Source of the DNA: Clostridiaceae bacterium
GTDB taxonomy: Bacteria; Bacillota; Clostridia; Acetivibrionales; DULL01
Assembly (NCBI GenBank): GCA_012840395.1
Contig: DULL01000110.1
Location: forward strand, 10,002 to 74,001
Direction of reading: 5' to 3'
DNA length: 64,000 nt
The position numbers were made by a program, and so were the translations under genes. This document shows, one piece after another, positions 9,861-19,421 of this stretch. The notes beneath the pieces are model-generated. The model was given only the letters and a program-made list of their open reading frames with translations. It was not told where the DNA came from and did no database searches. Every line of letters begins with the position of its first letter. The stretch's first letter is position 1.

Positions 9861-10826
9861 TTACCTTCTGATTTCAACCTTTGTACCAACATCTACAAAA
9901 TCATAAAACTCTTCTATATCCTTATTCGTTAGTCCAACACAGCCCCATGTCCAGTTGTTGCCAAATTCAGGTATATCTCCTCCGTGAATGCCTATTCCGC
10001 CTCCGAGAGCTGTATACTGAGGAGGAGTCTTGCCCTGGTTTATGGCATTTACTATTTCATTATAGGTGTTTTTATCGATAATTCCCTGGTTAAGGCCCCG
10101 CTGTGCATCTTCAATGTTAGGATAGCTTAATCTTAACCATCTGGAACCTAAATAATAATCTGCCGGATTCAATACCGATTTCTGGGTTATATAGAAGTTT
10201 CCCTCAGGTGTTTTATGGTCACCCGCAACTTGCTTGTCTCCTATTCCGCCGTCACCAGTTTCAACATGATATGTCTTTAATAATATACCATGTGAAAAAA
10301 TCATAAGGGTATGGTCAGACTTATCTACAACTATTTCTAAATCTGCAACTGAGGGAGATATCCCTTTTTCAGTTAATATATCCTTAAGAGGTTTTATGCT
10401 TCTTACAGGTATAATAAGGATCTGACCCGGCATTATTAAATCTGTTTTAAGGTCATTTGCCAGCATTAACTCAGTAACCGTTATACCATGTTTTCTGGCA
10501 ATAAGAAATAATGTATCTCCGCTTTTAACGGAATAAAGGTTAGATCCTGGTGTAAGAGATACTGGCACTGTCAAAACTTGCCCTGGTATTATCAAATCTG
10601 TTGTAATTCTGCTGGAGTTTTTAATAGCGCTTACAGTGGTATTATATTTTTTTGCTATAAAAAACAAGGTATCTCCGCTTTTTACAGTATATTTCACTGT
10701 AGCCTGCTCAACAGTACCTGCAGCAGAGACAGGACTACTTGTATATGCAATTGTGCTAAAACATATATACGATAATAATAAAACTATAATTATTTTTGCG
10801 AATAAATGAGTATTTATCTTAAACAT
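9861..10826 (-). CDS. Secreted L,D-transpeptidase (YkuD domain) with two LysM domains
   Basis: Signal peptide and two LysM repeats (YTVKSGDTLFFIAKKY.., YSVKSGDTLFLIARKH..). C-terminal YkuD motif IHGG...GCVGL. Start set at ATG 10826 with GGGGG 6 nt upstream; the track's TTG at 10838 lies upstream of that SD. Confidence 0.85.
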   Translation of the reverse strand: MFKINTHLFAKIIIVLLLSYICFSTIAYTSSPVSAAGTVEQATVKYTVKSGDTLFFIAKKYNTTVSAIKNSSRITTDLIIPGQVLTVPVSLTPGSNLYSVKSGDTLFLIARKHGITVTELMLANDLKTDLIMPGQILIIPVRSIKPLKDILTEKGISPSVADLEIVVDKSDHTLMIFSHGILLKTYHVETGDGGIGDKQVAGDHKTPEGNFYITQKSVLNPADYYLGSRWLRLSYPNIEDAQRGLNQGIIDKNTYNEIVNAINQGKTPPQYTALGGGIGIHGGDIPEFGNNWTWGCVGLTNKDIEEFYDFVDVGTKVEIRR

Positions 10827-10969
10827 TTTGACCCCCAATCAAAAACATTTGTTTAAATATAGTAACATCTTATTTCTGTTGCTTCAAAGGTAATTATTAC
10901 TATGTCAATATACATGATAGATGTTAAAAAATACGAAAACATATAGTAATGATTAAAATTATTACAAAA

Positions 10970-11002
10970 AGGATTGTTAGAGGATTGTTAAAGGATTGTT
11001 AA
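10970..11002. promoter_or_regulatory. Three tandem 11-bp direct repeats (aggattgttaR), an OmpR-family (WalR/PhoP-type) operator candidate
   Basis: aggattgttag / aggattgttaa / aggattgttaa at 10970-10980, 10981-10991 and 10992-11002. The plus strand reads TGTTAG-N5-TGTTAA-N5-TGTTAA. The minus strand reads TTAACA-N5-TTAACA-N5-CTAACA. Confidence 0.55.
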
Positions 11003-11072
11003 AGCCAGAGATTAACTGGTATAATTATAATTACTATATGACTATAATTGTCTGGGAAAAGAGGGTGAAAAT

Positions 11073-11963
11073 ATGAAACATCAGACCATACCATTATCGG
11101 AAAAAACAAAGCAGCTGATTCTTCAGCTTCAGCAAAACGAAATAACTGAACAGGCAATATATATGAATTTGGCAAAGCGTACGAAAAAACAATCAGACAG
11201 AGATGTACTGGAGCGTATTGCCAAAGAAGAGGGAGCCCACAGCAAGATCTGGGGAAAATATACAAATAAAGAGCTGAAGCCTCAAAAGCTAAAAGTTTTA
11301 TTCTACAGTATATTAAGCATGATTTTAGGATATACTTTTGTCATTAAAGTTATGGAAAATGGAGAAAAGACTTCTCAGGAAATATACTCAAAATTGAATT
11401 CGGAAGTTTCCGAAGCACAAAGAATTTATCAGGAAGAACAAATGCATGAACAGGCATTGATAGATTTGCTGGATGAAGAACGTCTGAAATATGTAGGCTC
11501 AATGGTGCTTGGACTCAATGATGCTTTGGTGGAATTGACAGGAACACTGGCAGGCTTGAGTTTTGCTTTGCAGAATAATAAACTGGTGGCTCTTTCAGGC
11601 TTGATTACCGGGATTTCTGCTACATTATCCATGGCTTCATCGGAATACTTATCAGCACGTTCCGAAGGTAATTCCAATCCCTTAAAGTCATCCTTGTATA
11701 CTGGTATTATGTATATTATCGCAGTTATTCTGCTGGTGCTGCCATACCTTGTTTTACCAAGCAAGCAGTATGTGCCTGCCCTGCTTATCATGCTTCTTGT
11801 TGTAGTTGCCATTATATTTGCTTTTACCTACTATATTTCAGTGGCGAAAGATTTACCTTTCAGGAAAAGATTTACTGAAATGGCCACAATCAGCCTGTCA
11901 GTAGCTGCTTTATCTTTTATAGTAGGTATTCTTGTGAAACATTTTCTCGGAATAGATTTATAA
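11073..11963 (+). CDS. VIT1/CCC1-family metal (Fe/Mn) transporter with N-terminal ferritin-like domain
   Basis: N-terminal four-helix ferritin/rubrerythrin-like region (EITEQAIY...EEGAH...EEQMHE). C-terminal VIT1 region with a GLNDALVELTG-type motif and 5 TM segments. Confidence 0.8.
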   Translation: MKHQTIPLSEKTKQLILQLQQNEITEQAIYMNLAKRTKKQSDRDVLERIAKEEGAHSKIWGKYTNKELKPQKLKVLFYSILSMILGYTFVIKVMENGEKTSQEIYSKLNSEVSEAQRIYQEEQMHEQALIDLLDEERLKYVGSMVLGLNDALVELTGTLAGLSFALQNNKLVALSGLITGISATLSMASSEYLSARSEGNSNPLKSSLYTGIMYIIAVILLVLPYLVLPSKQYVPALLIMLLVVVAIIFAFTYYISVAKDLPFRKRFTEMATISLSVAALSFIVGILVKHFLGIDL

Positions 11964-12054
11964 AAAAGGCGGAAGCAAAAGAACCGTCCCTGTGCTTCAA
12001 AGAACCGTCACTGTGTTTTCTTTAAGTAAAAAAGATTTGAGGTTGAACTAATCT

Positions 12055-13467
12055 ATGAAGGACTTTGCTGTTAAGAATGCAACTATTGAGAAAAAATCAT
12101 CTATTGAAAGAAACCTAACTGAAGGCAATGTAGCTAAACAATTGATTTTGTTTGCGTTGCCATTTATGTTGTCGAACTTTATTCAAACTCTATATAATGT
12201 TGCTGATATGCTAATTGTAGGAAATTATGTTGGCTCTGCGGGAGTATCCGGTGTAAATATTGGCGGACAGGTTACATTTATTATGACCAATATCGTTATA
12301 GGACTGAGTGCGGGAGGCACTGTTGTTATTGCGCAGTATTTAGGTTCCGGTGAAAGAAAAAGCATGAATGAATCGATAAGGACTCTGATTACTTCATTGC
12401 TTGTTGCGGCTGTTGTATTCACCGTTGTAATGACCCTCTTGTCAGACCATATTCTTAGGCTTCTTCAGACGCCGGAAGAATCCTACAGACAGGCAAGGGA
12501 TTATCTGAATATTACTTTATCAGGAACGATTTTTATTTTCGGATATAACGCTTTTTCTGCCATATTACGGGGGCTTGGTGACAGCAGAAGCCCGCTGATA
12601 TTCGTCACAATAGCCTGTATAGTAAATGTTTTCCTTGATATTCTGATGGTCGGTGGATTAGGAATGGAAGCGGCCGGCGCAGCCCTTGCAACTATTATTT
12701 CACAAGCCATTAGTATGATTTCCTGTATCGTCTATCTTAAGAAGAAAGGCTTCGAATTTGATTTCAAACTAAGTTCATTCAGATTTTATAAAGAACGTTT
12801 TGTCATGCTTATGAATGTAGGTATACCTATATCTGTACAAAATGTTATTGTTAATTTTTCATTCCTGGTTCTCACTGCTATTGCAAACAGCATGGGTGTG
12901 AGTGCTTCGGCTGCTCTTGGAATAGTGGGTAAATACAACGGATTCGCTATATTACCTGCCATTGCGGTAGGTTCCTCCGTATCAGCAATGGTTGCCCAAA
13001 ACATTGGAGCAGGTATGGTGGATAGGGCAAAGAGAACTTTCCATGTGGGATTTACTCTGGCTTTTATAATTACTCTTGTTGTGTTTATAATTACACGGTT
13101 ATTTCCAGAACAGATTTTGTCCATGTTTGGTGACGATCCTGATATGATTGCTGCAGGAGTTGAGTACCTGAAGTCTTTTTCCATTGATTATATTATTGTA
13201 CCTGCCGCATTTTGCTTAAATGGTGTCATATCGGGATCAGGGCATACCATAGTATCTTCAATATGCGGAATTTTGGCAGCAATAGGATTTCGAATTCCAT
13301 TCGCAATATTACTTGGAAAGGTTATGAATCTTGGGATGTGGGGATTAGGTTTTGCTGCTCCCATTGCCAGTCTTGGAGCAACCATTATTACATTCATATA
13401 TTATATTTCTGGGAAATGGGAAAAGAGTAATGTGGTAAAAAATAGTCCCATAGATAATGAATCATAA
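12055..13467 (+). CDS. MATE-family efflux transporter
   Basis: 470 aa, 12 predicted TM segments, and a typical MATE N-terminus (LFALPFMLSNFIQTLYNVADMLIVG). Confidence 0.9.
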   Translation: MKDFAVKNATIEKKSSIERNLTEGNVAKQLILFALPFMLSNFIQTLYNVADMLIVGNYVGSAGVSGVNIGGQVTFIMTNIVIGLSAGGTVVIAQYLGSGERKSMNESIRTLITSLLVAAVVFTVVMTLLSDHILRLLQTPEESYRQARDYLNITLSGTIFIFGYNAFSAILRGLGDSRSPLIFVTIACIVNVFLDILMVGGLGMEAAGAALATIISQAISMISCIVYLKKKGFEFDFKLSSFRFYKERFVMLMNVGIPISVQNVIVNFSFLVLTAIANSMGVSASAALGIVGKYNGFAILPAIAVGSSVSAMVAQNIGAGMVDRAKRTFHVGFTLAFIITLVVFIITRLFPEQILSMFGDDPDMIAAGVEYLKSFSIDYIIVPAAFCLNGVISGSGHTIVSSICGILAAIGFRIPFAILLGKVMNLGMWGLGFAAPIASLGATIITFIYYISGKWEKSNVVKNSPIDNES

Positions 13468-13520
13468 ATAATAAGTTGAAAATTGTGGTATTTGGATGTT
13501 TGTTTTCATTTTATTAGTAG

Positions 13521-13549
13521 TTTACAATCTTGCGAATATATGCTAGAAT
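13521..13549 (+). promoter_or_regulatory. Sigma-A promoter candidate for rpsO (TTTACA-17-TAGAAT with TG extension)
   Basis: TTTACA at 13521-13526, TGc at 13541-13543 and TAGAAT at 13544-13549. It leaves a ~90-nt GC-richer leader before the AGGAGG SD. Confidence 0.55.
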
Positions 13550-13642
13550 TTTTACCGTGAATATTTAACCATTTGCGCGGTTTCTGGATACTCCGGCCAG
13601 TTACCGGGCTAATGGGGATAAAAAATAAGGAGGCGTTTTTTA

Positions 13643-13906
13643 ATGCAAAAAGAGTTAAAACAGCAAATAATCAATCAGTATAAGCTACATGAAAACGATA
13701 CTGGTTCACCTGAAGTTCAAATTGCTTTACTTACAGAAAGAATTAATCATTTGAATGAGCATTTAAAAATTCACAAAAAAGATCATCATTCAAGAAGAGG
13801 ACTTCTTAAGATGGTTGGACAAAGAAGGGGCTTATTAAATTATCTTCAGAGAGTTGACATTGAAAGGTACCGTGCAATCATCGGAAAACTTAATCTTAGA
13901 AAATAA
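13643..13906 (+). CDS. rpsO: 30S ribosomal protein S15
   Basis: 87 aa with the canonical S15 sequence ([36 protein letters not shown]). Confidence 0.97.
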   Translation: MQKELKQQIINQYKLHENDTGSPEVQIALLTERINHLNEHLKIHKKDHHSRRGLLKMVGQRRGLLNYLQRVDIERYRAIIGKLNLRK

Positions 13907-13910
13907 GGAT

Positions 13911-13940
13911 GGGCGGAGCAATCCGCCTATTGTTTTTATT
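13911..13940 (+). terminator. Rho-independent terminator after rpsO
   Basis: ggcgga-gcaa-tccgcc hairpin followed by tattgtttttattt. Confidence 0.7.
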
Positions 13941-14078
13941 TATTTTATATAGAATATTTTTATTTATAAAGAATTATATTTTTGGATAAAAAGTTCTTAT
14001 TTTTTTAAGATTATATAAAAAAGTAGTGATATATTTATCACATTAATAAAAAATGTATTACAAAAAAAGAATCAAAAA

Positions 14079-14107
14079 TTGCTTTTGAAATAGTTGAATA
14101 GTATAAT
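14079..14107 (+). promoter_or_regulatory. Sigma-A promoter candidate for pnp (TTGCTT-17-TATAAT)
   Basis: TTGCTT at 14079-14084 and TATAAT at 14102-14107 with a 17-nt spacer. This predicts a ~190-nt leader. Confidence 0.4.
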
Positions 14108-14167
14108 TTCACATAATATTAAGAATAATTAAATTAAAGCTGTAGATATAATAAATGATAAGGTGAC

Positions 14168-14262
14168 AGGCAGTAACAGAGAACAGAGACTAGAGAATGG
14201 AATTGCCGGGAGAATAGCATCTTATAATTCTGTTTTGTGGTGTCCGTTTTCTGTTATGCCTC
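14168..14262 (+). promoter_or_regulatory. Long imperfect hairpin in the pnp leader
   Basis: 5' arm aggcagtaacagagaacagagac (14168-14190) pairs imperfectly with 3' arm tgtccgttttctgttatgcctc (14241-14262). It ends about 30 nt before the pnp SD. Confidence 0.4.
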
Positions 14263-14303
14263 TTTATTATATTCTACAGCTAATAAACAAAGGAGGCATT
14301 ACT

Positions 14304-16418
14304 ATGCAAAGAAAATTTTCAATGGAATTGGCAGGGAGACCCCTGGTTATTGAAACAGGTATGTTAGCGCAGCTTGCTAACGGAGCTGTACTTGTAAGAT
14401 ATGGAGACACAGTTATTTTAGCTACAGCCACTGCATCAAAGACTCCCAGAGAAGGTATTGATTTCTTCCCATTAAGCGTTGATTATGAAGAAAGATTATA
14501 TTCTGTAGGTAAAATACCTGGAGGATTTATAAAAAGGGAAGGAAAGCCATCAGAAAAAGCCATACTTACTTCAAGAGTAATTGACAGGCCAATTAGGCCG
14601 CTATTCCCCAAGGATATGAGAAATGATGTAGCCATTGTATGTACAGTATTGTCGGTAGATCAGGATAATTCACCTGAAATAGCGGCAATGATCGGGGCTT
14701 CAGCAGCCATATGTATTTCAGATATACCGTTTAACGGTCCTATAGGAGCTGTTGCACTTGGCCTTGTGGATGGGAAAGTTGTGATAAACCCAACAGCCAA
14801 TGAAAGACAAAAAAGTGATATGTATGTTACTTTAGCTGCAACAGAAGAAAAAATAACAATGATTGAAGCCGGTGCCAATGAAGTAAGTGAAGATACCATG
14901 CTTGAAGCAGTAAAAATCGGACACCAGGAGATAAAAAAGATTGTAGATTTTATTAATGACATCGTAAAAGAAGTAGGCAAACCAAAGTTTGAATATACTT
15001 CTTTCGAAGTACCTGAGGAAATATATAACGCAGTAAAAGAATACGCCTACGAAAAAATGAGACAGGCAGTACTTTCAACAGATAAACAGGAAAGAGAAGA
15101 TGCAATAGCACAACTGACCCAGGAGGTCCAGGAGCACTTTGCCGAAGTTTTCCCTGACAGCGCCACACAGATGGCTGATGCTTTGTATAAGCTTGAAAAG
15201 AAAGTTGTAAGAGAATATATTCTTGAAGAAGACAGGCGTGTTGATGGAAGAAAGATGGATGAAATTCGTCCTCTTCATGCTGAAGTAGGATTGCTTCCGA
15301 GAGCGCATGGTTCTGGACTGTTCCAGAGAGGACAGACCCAGGTATTGTCTGTAGTAACCCTTGGAGCTCTGGGAGAAGTGCAGGTGCTAGACGGAGTGGA
15401 CCTTGAAGAGACAAAAAGATATATGCACCATTACAATTTTCCTGGGTTCAGCGTAGGAGAAGCAAAGTCATCAAGAGGACCGGGCAGAAGGGAAATAGGA
15501 CATGGAGCCCTGGCAGAAAGAGCTCTTGAGCCTGTTATACCAAGCCCAGAAGAATTTCCATATGCCATAAGAGTGGTATCGGAAGTGCTTATGTCTAACG
15601 GTTCTACATCCCAGGGTAGTGTATGCGGAAGCACATTGGCTTTAATGGATGCCGGCGTTCCAATAAAAGCTCCGGTTGCAGGAATATCTTCAGGTTTGGT
15701 GGTTGATGAAAACCAACCTTCCAGGTATAAACTGTTTATTGATATTCAGGGGATAGAAGACTTCTTTGGAGACATGGATTTTAAAGTTGCCGGGACTAAG
15801 AAAGGAATCACTGCAATCCAGATGGATATTAAGGTTGATGGTTTGACTTATGATATCATAAAGGAAGCTTTTGAGTTAACTAGGAAAGGCCGCATAAAGA
15901 TAATTGATGAAGTATTGCTTAAGGCAATTCCTGAGCCCAGAAAGCAACTTTCACCTTATGCTCCTAAGATACTGACTACTGATATTGATCCGGAAAAAAT
16001 AAGAGATGTGATAGGACCTGGAGGGAAAATAATAAATAAGATTATTGCAGATACAGGCGCTAAAATAGATATCGAAGATGATGGCAGAGTATTTGTTTCT
16101 ACACCGGATACAGATGCAGGAAAAAGAGCCATTCAAATAATTGAAGGTATTGCAAAGGAAGTTGCACCCGGGCAGGTTTATCTGGGTAAAGTAAATAGAA
16201 TAATGAACTTCGGTGCATTTGTGGAATTTCTTCCTGGAAAAGAAGGATTGGTCCATATCTCAAAACTTGACAAAAAGAGAGTAGAAAGAGTAGAAGATGT
16301 AGTAAATATAGGAGATAACATACTTGTGAAAGTAATAGATATAGATAAACAGGGAAGAATAAATCTTTCCAGGAAAGATGCCTTGATTGATGCTGAGAAA
16401 AATGAAAAGGAAAATTAA
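14304..16418 (+). CDS. pnp: Polyribonucleotide nucleotidyltransferase (PNPase)
   Basis: Two RNase PH domains plus KH and S1 domains ([15 protein letters not shown]). Start reset to ATG 14304, 7 nt after AGGAGG (14291-14296). The 47 codons upstream in the track ORF are leader sequence. Confidence 0.97.
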   Translation: MQRKFSMELAGRPLVIETGMLAQLANGAVLVRYGDTVILATATASKTPREGIDFFPLSVDYEERLYSVGKIPGGFIKREGKPSEKAILTSRVIDRPIRPLFPKDMRNDVAIVCTVLSVDQDNSPEIAAMIGASAAICISDIPFNGPIGAVALGLVDGKVVINPTANERQKSDMYVTLAATEEKITMIEAGANEVSEDTMLEAVKIGHQEIKKIVDFINDIVKEVGKPKFEYTSFEVPEEIYNAVKEYAYEKMRQAVLSTDKQEREDAIAQLTQEVQEHFAEVFPDSATQMADALYKLEKKVVREYILEEDRRVDGRKMDEIRPLHAEVGLLPRAHGSGLFQRGQTQVLSVVTLGALGEVQVLDGVDLEETKRYMHHYNFPGFSVGEAKSSRGPGRREIGHGALAERALEPVIPSPEEFPYAIRVVSEVLMSNGSTSQGSVCGSTLALMDAGVPIKAPVAGISSGLVVDENQPSRYKLFIDIQGIEDFFGDMDFKVAGTKKGITAIQMDIKVDGLTYDIIKEAFELTRKGRIKIIDEVLLKAIPEPRKQLSPYAPKILTTDIDPEKIRDVIGPGGKIINKIIADTGAKIDIEDDGRVFVSTPDTDAGKRAIQIIEGIAKEVAPGQVYLGKVNRIMNFGAFVEFLPGKEGLVHISKLDKKRVERVEDVVNIGDNILVKVIDIDKQGRINLSRKDALIDAEKNEKEN

Positions 16419-16448
16419 ACAACTGTTACGGGAGATAGATAAAAAGAT

Positions 16449-17696
16449 ATGCTGAAAAAAATTACCCTTGATAATGGAGTAAGAGTGGTATTAGAAAAAA
16501 TACCCTATGTAAGGTCGGTTTCATTAGGTATTTGGGTGGGGGCAGGATCAAGAAATGAGAGTCCTGGTAACAACGGGATCTCTCATTTTATTGAACACAT
16601 GCTTTTTAAGGGCACAACGAACAGAACCGCCAAAGAGATAGCAGAAAGCATAGATAGCATAGGTGGACAGATAAATGCATTTACCGGTAAGGAATGTACA
16701 TGCTACTATACTAAAACATTAGATACTCATGTTAATATAGGTATTGACATATTAAGTGATATGTTTTTCAATTCAAAATTTTCTCCTGAAGATATTGAAA
16801 TTGAAAAGAATATAGTATTTGAAGAAATAAACATGTATGAAGATTCACCGGAAGAACTGGTTCATGATATTCTTTCGGAAACTGTATGGCATGGGAATTC
16901 ATTGGGCTTCCCAATACTTGGAAATGTGGGTTCCCTCAGGAAAATTAACAGGGAATCCATCCATGAATATATGAAGATAAACTACACTCCCAAAAACACT
17001 GTAATTTCAGTAGCGGGAAATTATGAGGAAGAAATACTGCTGGATCTCATAAAAGAAAGGTTTGACCACTGGAAGGTTGAAAATGACAGGGTGCCTGATT
17101 TTGAAGATGTCAAGTTTATTAAGGATGCAAGGATTAAGGAAAAGGATACCGAACAGGTGCATATCTGCCTGGCTTTTGAAGGTATTGAGCAGGGAAATGA
17201 TAATCTTTATTCTCTTCTTGCAATAAATAATGTTTTGGGAGGAGGAATGAGTTCCCGGCTTTTTCAAAAAATACGTGAGGAAATGGGACTTGTATATTCA
17301 ATATATTCTTATCCTTCTTCTTATAAGAACGCAGGGCTGTTTACAGTTTATGCCGGTATGAATCCTGACAAGTTGGAAGAAGTATTGTGTAGAATAAAAG
17401 ATGAAATAAAAGCTTTTAAAGCCCAGGGGATTACCAGGGACCAGTTGGAAAAATCAAAAGAGCAGCTTAAGGGAAGCTTTATACTGAGTCTTGAGAGTAC
17501 AAGCAGCAGGATGAACAGTATCGGAAAATCAGAGCTCATGTTGAATAAAATATATACTCCGGATGAAGTTCTAGATAAAATTGATAAAATAACCATGGAA
17601 AGTGTGCATCAAATAATAGATCAAGTCTTTGATATGGATAATATCGGATTTTCAGCGGTAGGAAATATAAAGCATGATATTGAAGCTTTATTGTAA
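16449..17696 (+). CDS. M16-family zinc peptidase (MlpA/YmxG-like)
   Basis: Inverted zinc motif HFIEHMLFKGT. 415 aa. Conserved position between pnp and dpaA, as in Bacillus. Confidence 0.9.
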   Translation: MLKKITLDNGVRVVLEKIPYVRSVSLGIWVGAGSRNESPGNNGISHFIEHMLFKGTTNRTAKEIAESIDSIGGQINAFTGKECTCYYTKTLDTHVNIGIDILSDMFFNSKFSPEDIEIEKNIVFEEINMYEDSPEELVHDILSETVWHGNSLGFPILGNVGSLRKINRESIHEYMKINYTPKNTVISVAGNYEEEILLDLIKERFDHWKVENDRVPDFEDVKFIKDARIKEKDTEQVHICLAFEGIEQGNDNLYSLLAINNVLGGGMSSRLFQKIREEMGLVYSIYSYPSSYKNAGLFTVYAGMNPDKLEEVLCRIKDEIKAFKAQGITRDQLEKSKEQLKGSFILSLESTSSRMNSIGKSELMLNKIYTPDEVLDKIDKITMESVHQIIDQVFDMDNIGFSAVGNIKHDIEALL

Positions 17697-17816
17697 TAGT
17701 TTATCTAATTGCAAATAATCCAATATAACGATAAATATTAAATGTAAATATTAAATGTCTTATATTTTATCTTAAATCAGATATTGCCTTATACTTTCAA
17801 GTACTGAAAAAATAAG

Positions 17817-17841
17817 AGCCTGGAAAACCAGGCTTTTTTAT
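17817..17841 (+). terminator. Rho-independent terminator after the M16 peptidase gene
   Basis: agcctgg-aaaa-ccaggct hairpin followed by ttttttat. Confidence 0.75.
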
Positions 17842-17858
17842 GTTTTAAGCGAACAAGC

Positions 17859-17886
17859 ACTTATAAAATACCATCTACATAAGATA
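17859..17886 (+). promoter_or_regulatory. Sigma-K-like promoter candidate for dpaAB (AC-N17-CATAagaTA)
   Basis: AC at 17859-17860 and CATAAGATA at 17878-17886. spoVF (dpaAB) is sigma-K dependent in B. subtilis. Confidence 0.4.
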
Positions 17887-17927
17887 TATTAGTTGTCAAT
17901 ATCAGGTATTACTTATGGGGGGATTAA

Positions 17928-18803
17928 ATGATTACAAACAAAAAGTTTACGATTATTGGAGGGGACTTAAGAAGTATTAAACTTGCAGATATTTTAGCAG
18001 AGGAAGGTAATACTGTTAATATATATGGCTTTAATCAGGCAGGATTTGAGCTGAAAACCAAGGAAAGCCAGGATCTTGAAGCAGCTATTGATGAATCAGA
18101 TGTAGTAATAGGACCTATTCCATGCTCAAATGATGATGAAAATATAAATGCCCCCTTTCATTCTGAAAAAATAAATGTCAAAGAAGTTTTTAAAATAATG
18201 AAAAAAAATCAATTATTTGTTGCAGGAAGGATAAGTGAAAAAATATTACAGCTTGCCCAGATTTACAATGTATATACTGTGGACTTACTTCAAAGAGAAG
18301 AACTGGCTGTACTGAATGCAATACCAACAGCTGAAGGAGCAATACAGATTGCCATGGAAGAATTGCCAATAACCTTACATAACAGTAATGTTCTTGTGCT
18401 TGGGTTCGGCAGAATAGGAAAGATACTTTCAAAAATGCTTTTGGGTATTGGTGCAAATGTTTTTTGTGCAGCAAGAAAATACTCAGACCTTGCTTCCATC
18501 AAAAGCTATAGCTACAGGCCTGTACCAATGAATGAACTGGTTTTATATATTCCGGATATGGACGTAATCTTTAATACCATACCTCATATGATATTGGATA
18601 GCAGTCTGCTAAACAAAGTAAACAAGGACTGTCTTATTATTGATCTGGCATCGAAACCTGGCGGAATTGATTTTGAATGTGCACAAGAATTAGGATTGAA
18701 GGTTATTTGGGCGCTGTCCTTACCCGGTAAAGTTGCTCCGGTAACTGCCGCATATATCATAAAAGAAACGGTTTATAATATTATTGATGAACTGGGGGTG
18801 TAA
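17928..18803 (+). CDS. dpaA: Dipicolinate synthase subunit A
   Basis: 291 aa. Rossmann motif VLGFGRIGK. Immediately followed by dpaB, and collinear with SpoVFA. Confidence 0.85.
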   Translation: MITNKKFTIIGGDLRSIKLADILAEEGNTVNIYGFNQAGFELKTKESQDLEAAIDESDVVIGPIPCSNDDENINAPFHSEKINVKEVFKIMKKNQLFVAGRISEKILQLAQIYNVYTVDLLQREELAVLNAIPTAEGAIQIAMEELPITLHNSNVLVLGFGRIGKILSKMLLGIGANVFCAARKYSDLASIKSYSYRPVPMNELVLYIPDMDVIFNTIPHMILDSSLLNKVNKDCLIIDLASKPGGIDFECAQELGLKVIWALSLPGKVAPVTAAYIIKETVYNIIDELGV

Positions 18804-18805
18804 AA

Positions 18806-19384
18806 ATGAGGCTTAAAGGCTTAAGATTAGGTTATGCTCTTACAGGTTCTTTTTGTACCTTTTCAAAAGTAATGGTTGAGCTTGAAAAGATAATTGAAGA
18901 AGGTGCAGAAGTATTTCCTATTGTTTCTGAATCTGTAAAAAGTTTTGATACAAGATTTGGGAAAGCATCGGACCTGATGACGAAGCTTGAGATTATGACC
19001 GGAAAACCTGTTATTTCAACTATTGTTGAAGCTGAGCCGATTGGTCCGAAGTCAATGTTAGATATACTAGTTGTTTCGCCCTGTACTGGCAATACTTTAT
19101 CTAAAATTGCCAACGCAGTTACCGATACTTCTGTAACTATGGCTGTTAAAGCTCATTTGAGAAATAATAAACCTGTAGTTTTAGGCATTTCAACCAACGA
19201 CGGGCTTGGGGCAAATGCAAAGAACTTGGGAATACTTTTAAACAGAAAAAATATGTACTTTATTCCTTTCGAACAGGATGATCCTGATAAAAAATGTAAT
19301 TCTCTTGTAGCCAGATTTGAACTAACTATTCCTACTATAGAGGAAGCATTGAAGGGTAGGCAGATACAACCAGTATTAGTTTAA
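18806..19384 (+). CDS. dpaB: Dipicolinate synthase subunit B (flavoprotein fold)
   Basis: 192 aa. The N-terminal GYALTGSFCT motif and SPCTGNT are typical of SpoVFB. Confidence 0.9.
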   Translation: MRLKGLRLGYALTGSFCTFSKVMVELEKIIEEGAEVFPIVSESVKSFDTRFGKASDLMTKLEIMTGKPVISTIVEAEPIGPKSMLDILVVSPCTGNTLSKIANAVTDTSVTMAVKAHLRNNKPVVLGISTNDGLGANAKNLGILLNRKNMYFIPFEQDDPDKKCNSLVARFELTIPTIEEALKGRQIQPVLV

Positions 19385-19421
19385 CCAGGTATCAAGAAAT
19401 CTCTCACTTCTATAAGCGGGA

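Noticed and set aside
14163-14303. 47-codon N-terminal extension of the pnp ORF (GTG 14163).
   Set aside because: The canonical PNPase N-terminus begins at ATG 14304, directly after AGGAGG. The upstream part has no homology and overlaps the leader hairpin.
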